A DNA stretch of 61,515 nt, counting the filler, from Sphacelaria rigidula (Eukaryota): the NCBI GenBank assembly GCA_964200075.2. It is 10 parts of 10 records of this genome, joined end to end, with 100 filler letters (N's around TTAATTAATTAA, not from the genome) between each part and the next. Parts side by side here need not be neighbours in the genome. Positions count along the whole stretch, not along the records: positions 36,972 to 43,032 come from CAXNAA020022494.1; positions 43,133 to 49,193 come from CAXNAA020022495.1; positions 49,294 to 55,354 come from CAXNAA020022496.1; 7 more parts are not named here. One strand, 5' to 3'. The translations under genes were made by a program, and so were the position numbers. Below the pieces are notes generated by a model. That model did not search any database and was not told where the DNA came from. It saw only the letters and a program-made list of their open reading frames with translations. Below, one piece after another: positions 38,451 through 49,899 of this stretch. The stretch's first letter is position 1; each line of letters starts with the position of its first letter.

Positions 38451-39440
38451 CACGGTTCGGACGAATCAGAGCTAATACAGGTTGACTCTCTATCAATGTT
38501 GAATGCGAATCATGTACAAATCACTCTAGGCGCGCAGATGTGTGCTGTGCTGTACCGTACTGTCCCCGGACTGCAGAGTACGCCGCCGGAGGAATCCCGA
38601 AAACTCGCGCGAGCATGCGAGGACGACTCGTGCTGGTGCTGTGTTCTTTGCGAGTGTTCATGGTAATTATACAGTATTTTCGCGTCAACTATACCACACA
38701 ACACAACGAAACCACAAAGGTTGTCAACAGCATGACCCGGGGAAAAAACGCGGCTAGACAAACCTCTCTGGGCACGCACGCAGACACGTGTGTTGTACTT
38801 TAGTTCATGTATTTCGTGTGATCACAGAATTCGAAATTGGGTTCATTGCGGATTCGGCTTTTGAGGCGTTCACGACCTGGACGCTCTCATTTGCCTGCCC
38901 CACCTGCAAAAGGCCGCGCCACCGAAGAGTCGCGCCCCATGACATGACAGGTAGGAAACGACACGTTCACATGATTTATATCATATGAACAGGAGGTGGA
39001 TAGCATGTACCCATGACTCGTGTTGGATAAATGAAAAGTGGGAAAATATGTTTGCACTCTATCCACCTTGTATGACTGGAAGGTAGGGAACATGTACGTA
39101 TGATTCGTGCCGCGTGAATGGAAAATGGGAAGCATGTGCGCTTGATTCACCTCGCATGAATGAAAAGTGGGGAACGTGTGCCCGTGATTCATGCTGAATG
39201 AATAGAGTTTATAAAACATGTACCTATGGCTCACGCCATTCGAATGGAAGGTAGGAAACGTGTACGTTTGATGGTGTACCGCATGAATCACGAACTGGGA
39301 ATAAGTACACTCGGAGTGGTATCGTACGCGAATCACGAACCCAAAACATGTAGAAATCACAACTTGTGTACAAGTCGTTTGATTGATTCGTCCAAATGTT
39401 GAATTTGAGTCCAATCACGATTTTATTCGTCCGAACCGTG
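38451..39440. mobile_element. hAT-like TIR element (16-bp TIR CACGGTTCGGACGAAT) containing a 42/45-bp repeat array
   Basis: Perfect 16-bp inverted termini. The related terminus at 59592-59848 has an 8-bp TSD; the flanks here match only 5/8 (aaaagctt/ataaattt). Confidence 0.6.
38887..39414 (-). CDS. Putative tandem-repeat protein, ~10 units of 14-15 aa (consensus NHxYMFPTFHSxxx)
   Basis: Open 175-codon frame; all unit spacings are 42 or 45 nt; FPTF is encoded by synonymous codon variants. Confidence 0.45.
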   Translation of the reverse strand: MDSNSTFGRINQTTCTQVVISTCFGFVIRVRYHSECTYSQFVIHAVHHQTYTFPTFHSNGVSHRYMFYKLYSFSMNHGHTFPTFHSCEVNQAHMLPIFHSRGTNHTYMFPTFQSYKVDRVQTYFPTFHLSNTSHGYMLSTSCSYDINHVNVSFPTCHVMGRDSSVARPFAGGAGK

Positions 39441-40254
39441 ATAAATTTTCAGCTTCTGCAAACCAAAAAAACTCAAGAGCACAATTTGAGCGAACCTTAT
39501 TCGAGCGTGGTTCCGACTCTGGTGATTATCGCGTCCAACACGCAAGAGGACGCAAAACATTACTAGCCATTATACGATCGTTTCATGAGGGGGAGCCGCA
39601 GCGCGTCCCGTGTGTGCAGTAGTGGGCACCTGAAGTGTTCAGGGTTGTGTCGGGGGATTCCTCGCGCACTACTCTTCGATAGAACTTGAAAGTGCTAGCG
39701 TCGGTAGATTTTGGTAGAATAGACAGACCATCCTCAAAACAAAGTGCCCGAGTTAGAGTTAGTCAGTGTTACCAAGCGATACGAGTAGATACCACATTTC
39801 TCGGGGGGTCGTTACTAACCATGAAACACGCTTTTCCGGCTCTAGAGCAATAAGTAGGTAGAATTTTAGAAAAACATTACAGGCTTGTTTTTTTCACAAA
39901 CTTGATCGGGACAGGCTGCATCAACCGAAAATACCGGAGAGTGAGGATTTGCGGCTGAAACGTGGCAGAACCCCAAATGACCGGTCAGCCTGAAAGTCAC
40001 TCGATATTGAGTACATTTATTTTTCTTCTCGCAATGTGGAGCAGATACAAGTATTTTCAAGTATGCAATGTGACGAGCGGTGGCGAGCGAAACAGCCCGA
40101 GAAACTCGCCAATTACGAAGAAATTACGAAATGAACAGTTCAGGCGCCCCCTATTGTAAACACCCGTAGAGGGGGTACGTTGAGGTGACAACAGGCTATG
40201 CGCGGGCAGAGCCCGTGGTTCACAACAACGGCAAAACAACATTGAGAATCTCAC

Positions 40255-40975
40255 CTTTTAACAATGAACTCGTCGCACGACGACGGAGTGTTCGCTTCGC
40301 TCCCTGCTCCGCCACGTCCAGATCCGTTGGAAAAGGCGGGGCTAGTGTCATGATGCCCCTTGAGGATAGCACCGGTATTAGGAACGGGGATCATTCGCCC
40401 AGGTGGGGTTTTGTGTCGCTGGTACTCAGCGCCATCATCGGAGCTCTCTTCGTCATCTTCATCCTCCTCTTGAACCACCTCTAGCTGAGGAATCAACATG
40501 CCTTCGTCTTCCGTTTCGTCCTCTTCTGCGTCCCTGTCCTGTGAGTGTTGCTGTGTCAGCAAAAGCTGATTGTGTGCATCAACGGCACCCATCTGCCCCG
40601 TGCTCCAAGACCTGAATGCATGCGGGGATTCGCCACCATCATCCTTCGCCTTGACGCTGCCCGTCTTTTCCTCTTCCTCGGCCCCTTCACGCTTTAAATC
40701 CTCACCAAATATTTGTTTCTTCTCCGCAGGCTCCTGTCTGCTGTCTTGCGCCACGCCGCCCACTATTGCCTCGGGAATTTCTCCGCCGGCGGGAGAGAGC
40801 TGGTAGAAGGGTCGATCTTCTTGACTCTCATCCCATAGGTGGTTCTTGTCCGCCCGAACCTCGGGCGTATCGCCCTCAGACACCCAGCCGTCGTCGTCGA
40901 AAGCGTCTTCGAATTCACCTCTTCTTTGAGAAAACGGTGTTCCGCCGCTAGGCGACACGCCGCCGCTTCTGTTGC
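40255..40975 (-). CDS. Large acidic, low-complexity exon of an unknown protein
   Basis: cccccacag| acceptor (phase 1), open E/D-rich frame of about 240 codons, donor AAAAG|GTGAGA. Confidence 0.8.
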
Positions 40976-41734
40976 CTGTGGGGGGGATGTTTCGTCACAT
41001 TTTTGGAGAAGTATCACCAGAGGTGTGTTCGTGAATTACATGAAATACTCCAGCTTCATGCTGATGGTTACAAAATTCTTTCACGGTTTTAGTCCTGACG
41101 TGCCATCATGTTCTCTTCGCCAGTCGAGCAGCTACGTGTTTTTGTGGAATCACGAAAAAGTATAGAAACAGGCAAGCCACAACAAACACGTGGAGATATC
41201 GATTTTAGGCCTCCGAGAATCAGTATCCTTTGAAGGGTACATGAGGCTGTGTTGATGCATGGTTTCTTCCACCTTGGAAGATGACGTACCATGTGACAAA
41301 ATATTCCCCCCACCTGCTCAGAGAACAAGAAGATTCAACACGCTTGCGAGTCCGATCGATCGATAATTCTATAGGTGAAGGCCTCGTGAAGGCTGGACTG
41401 GATACCGCTGTTTGGTACTGAGGCGGACCCGCCATGAGAGCTCCTAATGTGGCGGGATTACGATGTACAGCGGGTATTTTTGGCTTGCCACTACATACCC
41501 CCCAGTAAGCCGGGCTCTGCTATGGCTCGTGACCACTCGCTGAATTATGTACCCTCGTCAACAAAAAGATTTTTTGCAGGCCACCCGAGTTCGTAATGTC
41601 TCGTTTCCACCCACCACCCTGCCTCGCGTATATAAAACAAGCTCATCTATCAACCGCATCGTCGTGCGTAGTTGTTGGTCGCTGCAAGCTCCCCGCAAAT
41701 TCCCAGAGCTAACGGCGGAACCGCAGAGCCCTAC

Positions 41735-41827
41735 CGATCAGGAATGTTGTGAGCGCCGCTAGAAGCTTTATAGCCTGTGCGGTGTGCACGATTGTCTGGG
41801 CGACCGGGAAACCAAGCGTGTGTGCGA
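41735..41827 (-). CDS. Probable upstream exon of the same gene (AHTLGFPVAQTIVHTAQAIKLLAALTTFLI)
   Basis: gccaag| acceptor and ATCG|GTAGGG donor; 93 nt, phase 1-1, compatible with the exon at 40975. Confidence 0.55.
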
Positions 41828-42214
41828 CTTGGCATGAGAGCACGCCGCCGTCAAGCCGAAAAAGCCACAGCGACCGAGGGCAGATGAGCACCCGTAGCTG
41901 CAGAGGCATACGCCAACATCAGCTTTCTGGGTTCACGGAACGAAAGCCGATGCTTCATGCGAAGTTGTTGTGATGCTAATCAGAGCGTTTCTCAGAACTT
42001 TCGCCGCGGTGTATTTCCGTAGACGGGACTTGGCCGCCGTTCTGAAAATTTCACACTCTGAATAAAAAACATAATAACTGTTCACTGTTTCAACAACAGA
42101 CACGGGGGAAAACGCATCGACATGCATTTTGTCGAACACGATAAATGATGAAACACGCCTTTTGATGTTCATCGCAAGGCACAATAGATATTGTGAGCGC
42201 CGATCATTAGTCTA

Positions 42215-42570
42215 ATGCAATTACAGTAGATTTAGATCACTGGCCATCGATGGGCCCTGTATACCCCACTAGATGCTGGGATTGTATCGACAACCATTGC
42301 CATCAGTAGATTTGGCAAGCCATCTTTCGACAACTGTTGCCGCCATCAAAGATTTGGTGAGCCATCCATCGAAAGTCATTGCTGTCATCGACAGATGTGG
42401 CAAACAATCTCTCGATAGCTTTTGCCGCCAATAACCGATTTGGAGGTATCAATAAACACTGCCATCAATGGCTTACTGTAAAGCGCATCTATCTGTTGAT
42501 AGCCAATGCCGCCAGTAACAGGTTTGGACGCAACATATTTATACATCCGTTGGTCAATGCAGTGGTCTTG
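42215..42570. repeat. Degenerate ~43-bp tandem array (ttgccgcca....agatttgg...tcga)
   Basis: agatttgg-like cores at about 42228, 42271, 42308, 42350, 42393, 42436 and 42520. Confidence 0.7.
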
Positions 42571-42603
42571 CGGAATCAACGGCAATTATCTCAACAAATA
42601 CTT

Positions 42604-42940
42604 GTACCCTGGTGGCTCAGTTTGTAACCTCGGAACCTTCCGACGGTTGAGCCGTGCGTTCGAATCTCGGTGCGCAAGTCACACGGTCTGGGAATTTCCC
42701 TCACACCATGCCCAACAGTGGAGAGTGACTACACCATGGTTACACGAAATTCGACTCGACGGTCGACGAGGGAACGGGACCACTGAACCCTCCCGCAATG
42801 AGAGGAAGGTCGAGTATTGAACAAAATGTAAAAGGTCTGTGTTGGTCTTCCTTCTATGTAACCTCGGCTGATGCGCCCTCACATAACGAACGTTGCAGAG
42901 TGGCGTCCAGAATAGATGGGATGACAACACATCCACAAAT
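42604..42940 (+). mobile_element. tRNA-derived SINE (family 1)
   Basis: A box TGGCTCAGTTTG and B box GTTCGAATC; body shared with the 22833 copy. Confidence 0.85.
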
Positions 42941-43032
42941 TATATTGCTACTGTTTGATTTCCCCATACTTGATTATAGGTAGCTAGCCTGTGACCACCG
43001 AGGGCGTCCGCATCAGATGCCCAGTACGAATG

Positions 43033-43132
43033 NNNNNNNNNNNNNNNNNNNNNNNNNNNNNNNNNNNNNNNNNNNNTTAATTAATTAANNNNNNNNNNNN
43101 NNNNNNNNNNNNNNNNNNNNNNNNNNNNNNNN
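43033..43132. other. Artificial contig linker
   Basis: N-TTAATTAATTAA-N spacer. Confidence 0.98.
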
Positions 43133-43299
43133 CCCCAGGCGTAAAAATGGTTTGTGCGGTATCTCACCAACCAGACCGCCGAATTCCTCGAATGGGGTAC
43201 TGTAACGTAGATGCATGCACAGGACGTGTGCTCAAGTAAGAAAAGAAAAGAAAAATTGACTGTTAGGAACGCTAGAGCATCCACTCTGAATCTGAAACT

Positions 43300-43913
43300 A
43301 CCCTCTGAATCTCATGAATATGGTGTTAGCAGCAGTACGGCCACAAAAGTTGCTCATGCCGAAGGACCTTCCCGACAAGAAAAACAAAGACGCGCCTTCA
43401 CTCTCTGTTTTCGCGCGTTTGCTTGTAGACTGCCCCGATCCAGCACCCTCGGATGAAAGGTTTGTGCGCTTGCCCTTTTTTTGAAGGCACTTGCTGCAGA
43501 TGCGGTGTATTTCGTTGTCGCCAAACATGCTGCCGCAAATACCGTGGAGCCTCCCGCCACATGTCCCCTAGCAACCGTGGTCATGACGGCCTTCTGGCGT
43601 CGTGGCCTGCACCAGGCACAGTTCACCTTCCGCACAAGGCATGTTGTGTCCCTACGTTGCAAGCTCTGTACCAGCACGTACCCTGCTGTACCCCTACTGG
43701 TGCTTGGTTGGTGGGGGGTAAGGCGTGCGTGAGTGTGTCCGGAACTGGCACCGTTGAGGGTACAAAATCGTTCAAATCGGCACTACTGAGGATCATCTGT
43801 TAGTAGTAGTGCCGCCCGGCACTACTGCAAGCTCTAGCTGTACCCGGAGATTTTACCGGCATTATATAGGTCGTTGGCACTATTCAACCGGCACTACTGA
43901 GAGACCCCCACTG
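43300..43913 (-). mobile_element. 5' end of a Tc1/pogo-like DNA transposon encoding a PHD-like zinc finger (pseudogenised)
   Basis: TA|CAGTGGGGGTCTC terminus at 43913 and repeated agtgccgg subterminal motifs. From ATG 43642 it reads MPCAEGELC...HGC*GTCGGRLHGICG...HRICSKC. Confidence 0.6.
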
Positions 43914-44785
43914 TATACGAACCCCGCACAGCCCACCAGACTTTTCGGATTTTGTCAGTGTTTATCAATCAAGTTCTTACAACAAAATACAGAAAAAAAC
44001 AAAATAGTGTTTATTGATCAAGTTCTTGCAACGTCAAAAAAACAAATTCATGACAACTTTTGAAATAATGCCCTCCGGAGGGGGAGGGGGGAAGGAGGGG
44101 GGGAGGTACGTGGTCAGTGTTGTGTTTCCTCGTCAGGGCCCAAGCAAAGTAACGACCAGGCGAGGTGCGTTGCTCGCGCTTTTTTCTTGCGTTTTTTTTC
44201 TCTTCCTTGTATCGTCAAATGGGCCCTCAGGTAATAGAAGACTTCAAGACTCACCATAAGTTTCTCCGAAACTCTAGTGTCGGAAAAAAAATCCGACGCT
44301 AGATTCCGGAGACATCGGAAAAAATTCCAGCCATTCGGCACAACCAAAAGACTGAAAAAAATACCACATATTCCCAAATGTGTTATTCTTGTGAGTTAAC
44401 TCCGCTATTTCGCCGACAATAACAACAACAACAGCAAGAACCGACGTTTTGTTCCAACCAACCAACAGCAAGAGCGTCTTGACTCGAACGATACTGACAG
44501 ATGCGGATAACGATACGTTCAGGGGTACGCGAGGAGCAGAAGTGCAACAACGTTGTAGCCCCGATGTGTCTCTCTGATAATAGCCAGCGAGTGACCCGGC
44601 GGTTGCGACTCGCGGCATGAGTGTTTCGCTGAGAGGAGACGCGGATATCACTGCGAACAGCCGATCATCCATTTTGAGGATGGAGCTGTTCATTGAGGAT
44701 GAAAATCCGGAAAATTAAAATCTTCGCATCCACACCAACTGTTTGAGATATACATCGTTCCATTCCTTCTTTTTCTGGTAGCTAG

Positions 44786-44934
44786 TGACAACTACTACAT
44801 GCCACAAAAATTGGATTCCGATGACCGCAGGCTATTTATTTGGGGGTAAACACAATTCTTGGGAATTTAGGTGATCCGCCCCCCCACATTGCGATAATTG
44901 GAATCCAATTTTTTGTGGCGTGTTGTAGTTGTCA
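44786..44934. mobile_element. Small hairpin MITE
   Basis: tgacaactactacatgccacaaaaattggattcc versus ggaatccaattttttgtggcgtgttgtagttgtca. Confidence 0.75.
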
Positions 44935-46445
44935 ATAAAGAGTTCCGGAAAACGCTTGTTGTCATTTCAGAGCGCAAATATCCCAGGATTACATTGTAAC
45001 GAAGAGTTATTTCCTCCTCCGTCAAATGTGGTATCTACAGTATCCTCTCGACTCTTCTTTGATGAGGTGTTTATTCTTATTATTCTGCACTCTGATCCTG
45101 AGATATTTGCACTCTGAAATTACTAAAAAGCGTTTTTCGCAAGTCTCTAATAATAAAGTAGTTACCAGCAAATGAAGGAATGTGGCTTTCTCGCGAGGTT
45201 CACCACATACATCATGTACGCCCCTGAAAATGGCCGTCGCGCTACGAAAATCAGCGGGGAAACCATAAGTGCTGAATAATCACAAACGATGGGTGCTGAA
45301 AGAACACAACTCACAAGTCCAATTCCACATGTATGTATTCGTACAGTGAAAAAGCGTAGCCTAAGCTTTCACGAAAAATACCTGGAACAATAAGTGGCTG
45401 CCAGCGGACAATGTGCGGGGTAAAACGCGCGCATAGCGCATGTATATGATTGCAATCTCTTGCCCGTGCTGCGGGCACTCGTAGCGTTGTTGCTGCCGTA
45501 ATCTCGAAAGTAAACAGCATATTCAGAGCTCGGCGAGCGAGAACACGGGAACGACGAATGCACTGTGCCCCCGTTTCCGTCTGTGGAAGGAAAGCAGGCG
45601 CTCATCAAGCGCGTGTTTCATACGTGCTCTTTCATGCTACGTTTTGGTGCGATTGATCGACACCAACGAAAGGTCGTTGCGCCACCCCATCAAAAACACA
45701 ACCGTACATTGGCTGTGATACCCAGGCCCGGGAACTCGAGGCAAACAGTACTGACCTATATCTACTACGAAACGCTGACTCAGCCCATTGACGCCCTCGT
45801 GCTGAAGCAACACGACGGGGCGACAGATAAATATGTATGCATACGTACAGATCTGCCACAGTAATCTGCACCTACATTCATGTCTGGAACATTACTTCAA
45901 GTATCACGAGTGCAATTCAAATGCCCCTTCATGCACCAAGGCGTTGCGCCTTACCTTTTATCACAGCTTGACGTGTCTTCGAGGGGGGTGCGTGCGAAGG
46001 GACCGTGCAGCTATGCTGGACGTCAGGGTGGAGACCTGAGATGGAATGGCGTGGTGGGCTATGGGGAAAGGGTGGCGAATGTATACACAGTATAGAGTAC
46101 ATATTATTCCGAATGCATGTACTGGTCAATTTAATTAAGAATTGGGAATGTAATCTGTTTTTTGCAACAATTCCCCGCAAAACCCCACCCACGAGCCGTT
46201 TGGCGGGGCACAATGAATACACGTTGGATGACCGGTAATCAGCTGCCGCCACAGGCAGCTTGATAAGAGCACCAGAACAGAAATGATATTGGGTGGATAA
46301 TATGGTGATGAGGGCACGTCGGACGGGGGCTTCGTCGTACACACCGACAGACATCTCGCCACCTCCTCTGCCCTACACCACTTGTTGGGTCCTGAATGGT
46401 GTAGGTGCTACGGTATAGGTCCAAGTTTGCGTGTACGAAACTTGA

Positions 46446-46544
46446 CCCCTAGACCGCGAGGGTAGTCCACCTCGATCATAGATATTTTTTTCAAGTGGAA
46501 TTGGTGCCGATTTCAACAGATGGCCAACTCTCGCTGTGTAACAG
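46446..46544. mobile_element. piggyBac-type mini-MITE copy (degenerate)
   Basis: cccctagaccgcgag...ctcgctgtgtaacag|ttaa; further copies at ~29699 and 49120. Confidence 0.65.
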
Positions 46545-46994
46545 TTAACTGCGTAAGCGGCAGCTAGACACATCGCTTTTCATTTCAGGCCCTACAAGTT
46601 CTTGCCTGGCTGGGCCAGTAGTAGGCATATATCGCGAGCCCGGCGACAGATACTATTCTGGTGTCAGAGTGATCACTAACCAGCAAGAAGTGTCGACGAG
46701 CGTCGAGCAGGGACAGCAGTGAGCGCATCGCAAAATTCAAGTATGTCCGCAAGCAAGGAAATGACGATCTTTGAAGCTTGACTCCTCTTTCTAGATACAA
46801 CGCTTGGAATTTTTTGACGCCGGCAGGTCACGACACACTTGCTCCCAGCCCGATAAGTCAACATATTATCGACAATACGCCATGACTTTTGCATTTGTCG
46901 TCCTAGATATCTTGCTGTGCACAACAAAATGTCGCTCCGGCCGTTTGATCCGAAAGAACTACATGTATTTCAGTAGTGGGGGCCTTTCGGAGCA

Positions 46995-47472
46995 CATTAT
47001 TAGTTTCGATCGAGATCGTGCGGTGAAAAGCAAAAATCCCGATTTGATAGGTCATGATTTCCACCATCTTCTTCTTCTGTAAATTTAACGACGATGGTTG
47101 ACTTCACGACGTATAACAATATTTTTGTGAGATTGAGAGTAGAGGATACGATTGAGAGTGAAAAGCGGTCGGTCACTGATTGGATCGTTTCAGTTCCGAA
47201 ATGCCCGTCTACGAGGCCCGATATTCTTCCTGTAGTAGTAGCTTGCCACTGAGGCGCTTGATATTCTGAGAAGGGTACCGACGTGTAGCTGTAAGCACAC
47301 GGTAGTGATAGAGGCAAATAAGAGCACACGCGGAATGAAATATTGGCTAAGTTAGAGCGAATGATCGAAGCAACTCTCAATCCGCGCTCTACTCTCAATC
47401 TCACGAAAACGTTGTTGTATCAGATCAGGATTTTTGCTTTCCACCGCACAATTTCGATCGAAAATTGATATG
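46995..47472. mobile_element. MITE with ~55-bp TIRs
   Basis: tttcgatcgagatcgtgcggtgaaaagcaaaaatccc versus ggatttttgctttccaccgcacaatttcgatcgaaa. Confidence 0.8.
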
Positions 47473-47900
47473 CTAAGACAGGGCCTGAGTATATGCCAAT
47501 AATGCGACACCGTGTTGTGTTGGTTTTTGTTGAGTTGTGAACTGGCTCCACCGATTACGTGCTCGAATTGCCGGCGCCAGGGTGGCTAGAATTGAAATAG
47601 GGTGGCTAGAATTTACCGCGATTTTGAAGAGATGAGAAGCCAAATAAATGGCGTAATTATCTCGCCTACGGCGGGGCCCCCTCATCAGCCGAGGGGGGGG
47701 GGGGCGTTCACACGACTCCATCGCGTTGCCTTGCCAGGCAACGCTGGCGGAGTCGACTGGCGGCGACGCCGCCAGTTATTCAGTTTTAACTGATAACTGT
47801 ACTCGTAACTGGTTGTAACTATTTGCAACAAGTTAACAGGTTAGCTAAACCAGTTCACAAGTCTAGATTTTTGTGTACGGTTCCTCCTCGTCCTTAACCT

Positions 47901-47976
47901 GTGGTCGTTGTCGTGGTCGTGGTCGTTGTCGTTGTCGTTGTCGTTATCGTCGTTGTCGACGTTGTTGTCCTTGTTG
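47901..47976. repeat. (GTCGTK)n degenerate microsatellite
   Basis: Directly visible. Confidence 0.85.
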
Positions 47977-48151
47977 CAAATAATCTGGACGGTACAGTCT
48001 ACATGCATTGTGTTTTGAATTGAGTTGTTGCAATAACAGAAAATAGCGGCATAACTTGTTGCGGTTAAACGAATATTCGGAACGCATAGTACAGTTACAT
48101 CGTATCTTTACACGAGGAGTACGAGCTGGGACAGCCTAAAAACGGATTTAA

Positions 48152-48249
48152 CCCTTCGACCGCGAGACTAGTCTTTCTGGATCATGCATACTTTTTTTCA
48201 CTTGAAATTGATGCCGATTCAACAGAAGACTAACCTCGCGGTCTAAGGG
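48152..48249. mobile_element. 98-bp piggyBac-type MITE with TTAA TSD, nested in a mariner-like element starting at 48122
   Basis: TTAA|CCCTTCGACCGCGAG...CTCGCGGTCTAAGGG|TTAA. The empty site with a single TTAA is seen in the host-family copy at 55664-67. Confidence 0.92.
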
Positions 48250-49193
48250 TTAAGCTCTAATAGCAATATCTCGTCGACACAGACGAGTTGAGCCGTGATC
48301 CGCATATCCTATTCATCGCCCAACCACGGGGGAGGTGCCCATCTGCTTGAAAGTATGGGCCCATATTTTCTCGTTAGTTAAACCCCATGTCTAGTAATTC
48401 CTATACCTAACGGAGATGGCGTCCATACTAAAATCTATATTATATTATGGAACCCCCCATCGATGCATTCAGCCGATGACGACGACTTTTGGTGTGGACA
48501 TTCTCTTGAGCAAGGGGAGACGATAGATACCCTCACCTTCACCTAATTCGTAATCTATCCCGAGATATGGCGTGCATAATTTTTCAATACTAAAATCAAT
48601 ACATTACGAGCAGAGGCACTAGATGCCCCACATCTGGATATCGTGTCTCAGTTTTTCAGAGTTGTTCCATAAAATTTCGTGTGGTGAACCGCTAGTGCAT
48701 AACAGAAAAAATGAAAACAGCTTGTTAACTTTTTTTTGTTCTTCATTTTTTTCATTTTTTTCGTGTTTTTAGTGAAGTTTCGAGGAGAAATGAACATTGC
48801 TCGTAGGCCTTATCTCAATGTTTTAGCTCAATTTTTAGAATTGTGATTTGAAAGTTAGCATGGAAAACCACCAAAAGTGTGCCGAATAAAAAATTAATAT
48901 GGGCCTTCATTTTTTCTAGTTTTTTCATAGAGGTTAGGGCGTTCTCGTGAAGAAATGGTCTTTACCATAAACAACCTGGATTCGTTTTTGAGGTTCAACA
49001 ATTAATAACACAGCGGATCCTAATTTTTGGGGTTAAAACAAAAAATGGGGTTGAAGTCGCATTTCTCTATTGCAGGGAAGAAAGTATCGTCCTCCCCAAA
49101 ACTCCGCAGGAGGAGTCAACCGTTGGACCGCGAGAGTAGGTCACCTGCTGAATCGGCATCAATATTCACTTGAAAAAAGTACACGTGGTCCAG

Positions 49194-49293
49194 NNNNNNN
49201 NNNNNNNNNNNNNNNNNNNNNNNNNNNNNNNNNNNNNTTAATTAATTAANNNNNNNNNNNNNNNNNNNNNNNNNNNNNNNNNNNNNNNNNNNN
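49194..49293. other. Artificial contig linker
   Basis: N-TTAATTAATTAA-N spacer. Confidence 0.98.
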
Positions 49294-49899
49294 CACGAAA
49301 CTAGAAATAGCGAAGTGCAGGGTTAAAGGTTCCTTCCTGTCCTCTGGGGACAAAAAGAAAAAAAATGTCTCACGCGCGGAAGGTGTCGGTCTAGTGTGTA
49401 GGTGTCGTCTCTTCTCTTGCTCAAGTTGCTTCCCTCCCTCATTTCTGTTGTTTTTCTCCGCTTTATTCCTCTTCTGCTGTCTCTATATCCCTTTTCCAGT
49501 TATCTCCACCTTTTTCGGTATGCCAGCCGTGTTTTGGATTTAGCTCCTTCCGACCACGGCTCCATGTGATCTCGACACGAAACCAAAATCATGATGGAAT
49601 AAGTATCTAATTCCAAACCTCGTTATTCGTCCCTGCGACACCACCCCCCCGTTGAAAAAATATCATGAGCTGTCGCAATTTGTTTTGCGTGATCCTGATT
49701 CTTGAAAAGCATCATTTTGTGTCTTCTCAAAGCCGTTGATTGGGCCGTTCAAAAACACCGCACCGGGTAAAGAAACACTCATAGCGACCACGGGATAACA
49801 GATGCAGAGACGTGACTCGTGCGCAAGGCACGACCACACATGAACTCCTTAACCCTACTGTCCTCGACCAAATAGAGCATGGCTCCACCCATCAGGGGT

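Noticed and set aside
38945..39345. Repeat array read as CRISPR, or as a plus-strand WKVGN protein with UGA=Trp
   Set aside because: The units are degenerate along their whole length with no unique spacers, and there are no cas genes. The plus frame also contains TAG and TAA stops.
46170..46930. Possible LINE C-terminal (RLAGH..DDR) and Harbinger (GR..K.WRI) traces
   Set aside because: The motifs are too short and degenerate to support a call without a profile search.
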